From Rhodosorus marinus CCMP1338 (taxonomy: Eukaryota > Plantae > Rhodophyta): DNA of 64,000 nucleotides. Position 1 is the first letter of the stretch; every line of letters starts with the position of its first letter. The notes beneath the pieces are model-generated. The model saw only the letters and a program-made list of their open reading frames with translations. It had not been told where the DNA came from and did not search any database. A program made the position numbers and the translations under genes. Shown in pieces: positions 62,134-64,000 of the stretch. The stretch spans positions 930,001-994,000 of the forward strand of contig JAMWBK010000005.1 in the NCBI GenBank assembly GCA_029953675.1, given 5' to 3'.

Positions 62134-63860
62134 TTGAATAAATGGATGACACAAATGTCCCGGAGTCAATCATGCGAAGTCGTTTTACTGGGGAGGAGAG
62201 GACATTCAAGAGCAGCAGATCCCCGAGATTTCCGGGATATTTGGTGTCGGGCCGGGTTTGTCCATCTCGGCATCCCCTATCGGTCCGCGTCGTTCGTGGA
62301 GGGTGAGTTGTCGCAGATTCTGAGTAAGCACCGGCGGCTGGTCTCGGAGCTCCGTCGGCTTCCTAGTGGCTTCCTCAATGCTCGTTGTTGCTTCATCGAT
62401 ACTGTTTAAGTGAGCGGCTCACCTGTTGGTTCCGCTCGCTCCCAACTTACAGGGGCCGGTGGCTGACAACTCGTGCCGACGGCGGGAGCTTTGGTGAGCT
62501 CGGATATTCTTAGATGAGGAACTGGGTTATCTTCCGCGCCCCACCCATTATGTCGTTCCCAAGTGGGCCTTCCCCTACGTGTGGGCGGTCTAGGCCTCTG
62601 CAGCCGAGCTGCTATTCAACCAGCGGCCGTGGTCGGGTCTTGGGGCACCGCCTTCCCGACGTTGAGCGCGTTGGGCGTGTCCAGTTGCCTTGTTTTGGAG
62701 GTCAGTCTTTCCACTGATGATCTACACTCTAGTGTCCCTGAAAGTACCCGTGGTTTGTTTCTCGAGCTCCAGTCGGCGGTCTCATCCTGTACCAGTCTCC
62801 CTGCCGACCTGCAACCACGCCTGGCTGGCTGGTGAGCCGTTTTTTTTTGCGAGCTCGCGGCCCCCCGACCCGAGAAGCCGCCGGTCCTGTTCCTGTGGTG
62901 GATGAAGAAACGGAGGTCCCTCGCGATCCTCCGGATGCTGGACTGGGCTCTGGGAGTTGCGTTTCCGCACGCACGGATGCGCTGCAAAACACTCTTTCTT
63001 GGGACTTGTACCGTGCTGCTTGTGGCCGACTCCTTTTCCAGTGCCCGCGCACGCCTGCGAAGTCTGGGGGGCTGTCTCGGCTCTCAATGGCTCACCAGAG
63101 TTCCAAATTTTCCACCCCTCACGCTAGCGTTTTTTTGACGTGCGCACTTCCCTGCGCTTGTATCTAGGATTGCATCAGCCGCCCTCGCCTTCCGAGATCG
63201 GTTCGCCCTGCACTATACGCTCTCAGAACGAATACACCGCGGATTTCGGCGCTCACCTGCTCGCCAGTTGCCCGCCTGTGAAAGGCGCCCGAACCCGCCG
63301 ATATACGCGGATCTTGAACCAATTGTACCGCGAACTTCGGCGTGTAGTACTGCAAGCCGGTCTTGAAATTGAACGTGAGAAGCCCCTGCCTGGCGCAGAC
63401 TACGACAATAACGAACCTCAAGTGGCTGGCCTCGTGGTCACCTGTGACGATAGCCGCCGTACGACGTAAGTTGATCTTGCTGTTCCTAACCCTCACTCTA
63501 GTCGTTATTTGCCGGCTACGGAAGAGCGCCTTGGATTTGCCGCTGCCATTATGAGAGGTCTCGAAGAGGTGAAATATATGGGGGCTTTATCTTCCCCAGG
63601 CATTCGTGCTTCGTCTCTAGCTCATTACCTGGTACTTCTGGTCACTGAGTGCTTTGGATGGATTCCGTTGGTTCTCGTTGGCTTCGGGAGTTGTTCCGCG
63701 GACGCCCTGACCGTCTATCCTCGTTGTTTATCCGATAACGTTTCTTGCTGTGGCGTACGAACGCTGCTTTGATGTTGGAGGTGCGCGGTCTTCGCCGCAA
63801 CATAGTCCGTTTTTCCTTTCAGGGTTTCTTCTTTCAGTCTCCGATTAAGCAGATTCATTC
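62134..63860 (+). mobile_element. Degenerate CRE-clade element, family B (thumb, zinc knuckle, RLE, 3'UTR)
   Basis: 'HLGIPY', 'LPLRVGGLG', 'VRTSLRLYLG', 'GAHLLASC' and 'LVTECFG' across frameshifts; 3' end similar to 61020-61150. Confidence 0.75.
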
Positions 63861-64000
63861 AATGTAACATAGGAAGAAGAAGATTGAAAATCCTATCAAT
63901 AACAGTGATTGATTGAGGAAATTAGTAGTTTAATCTGAAAGAAAAAACCCTGAAAGAAAAAGGGACTAGGCGCGGCAAAGACCCCTCGCCTCCAACTTCA

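Overview
Eukaryotic nuclear DNA with many short (~60-130 nt) GT-AG introns. It is almost certainly from a red alga, since it carries two plastid-targeted phycobilisome gamma-type linker genes. The first 36 kb is gene-dense: an amino-acid transporter, an MFS transporter, a DUF1640/CCDC90-like protein, topoisomerase VI subunit A, UGGT, a poly-Asp type-I membrane protein, ornithine decarboxylase (ODC), a cyanobacterial-type plastid protein, GRP94, a zinc metallopeptidase and an F-box protein. From 36 to 64 kb the window is mostly decayed retroelements: several CRE-clade non-LTR elements (RT plus restriction-like endonuclease) and a rearranged Copia element. These surround a Myb-like gene and the two gamma-linker paralogues. 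The top lead is the ~600-nt AUG-free region upstream of ODC, which holds a short AUG-less reading frame ending E-P-P-W-R-stop. This resembles the eIF5A/polyamine-sensing PPW uORFs of animal AZIN1 and suggests polyamine autoregulation of a red-algal ODC. Other leads are: an inverted six-fold amplification of a conserved CCAAT-containing promoter element upstream of only one linker paralogue; gamma linkers with a doubled module and altered chromophore Cys; an x-H-D-D RT active site in three CRE copies from two families; conserved 3'UTR hairpins; a 274-bp-arm foldback inside a CRE element; and a 55-Asp single-pass membrane protein with a YxxM tail. Exon boundaries were inferred by eye and family assignments rest on recalled motifs; no database searches were run.
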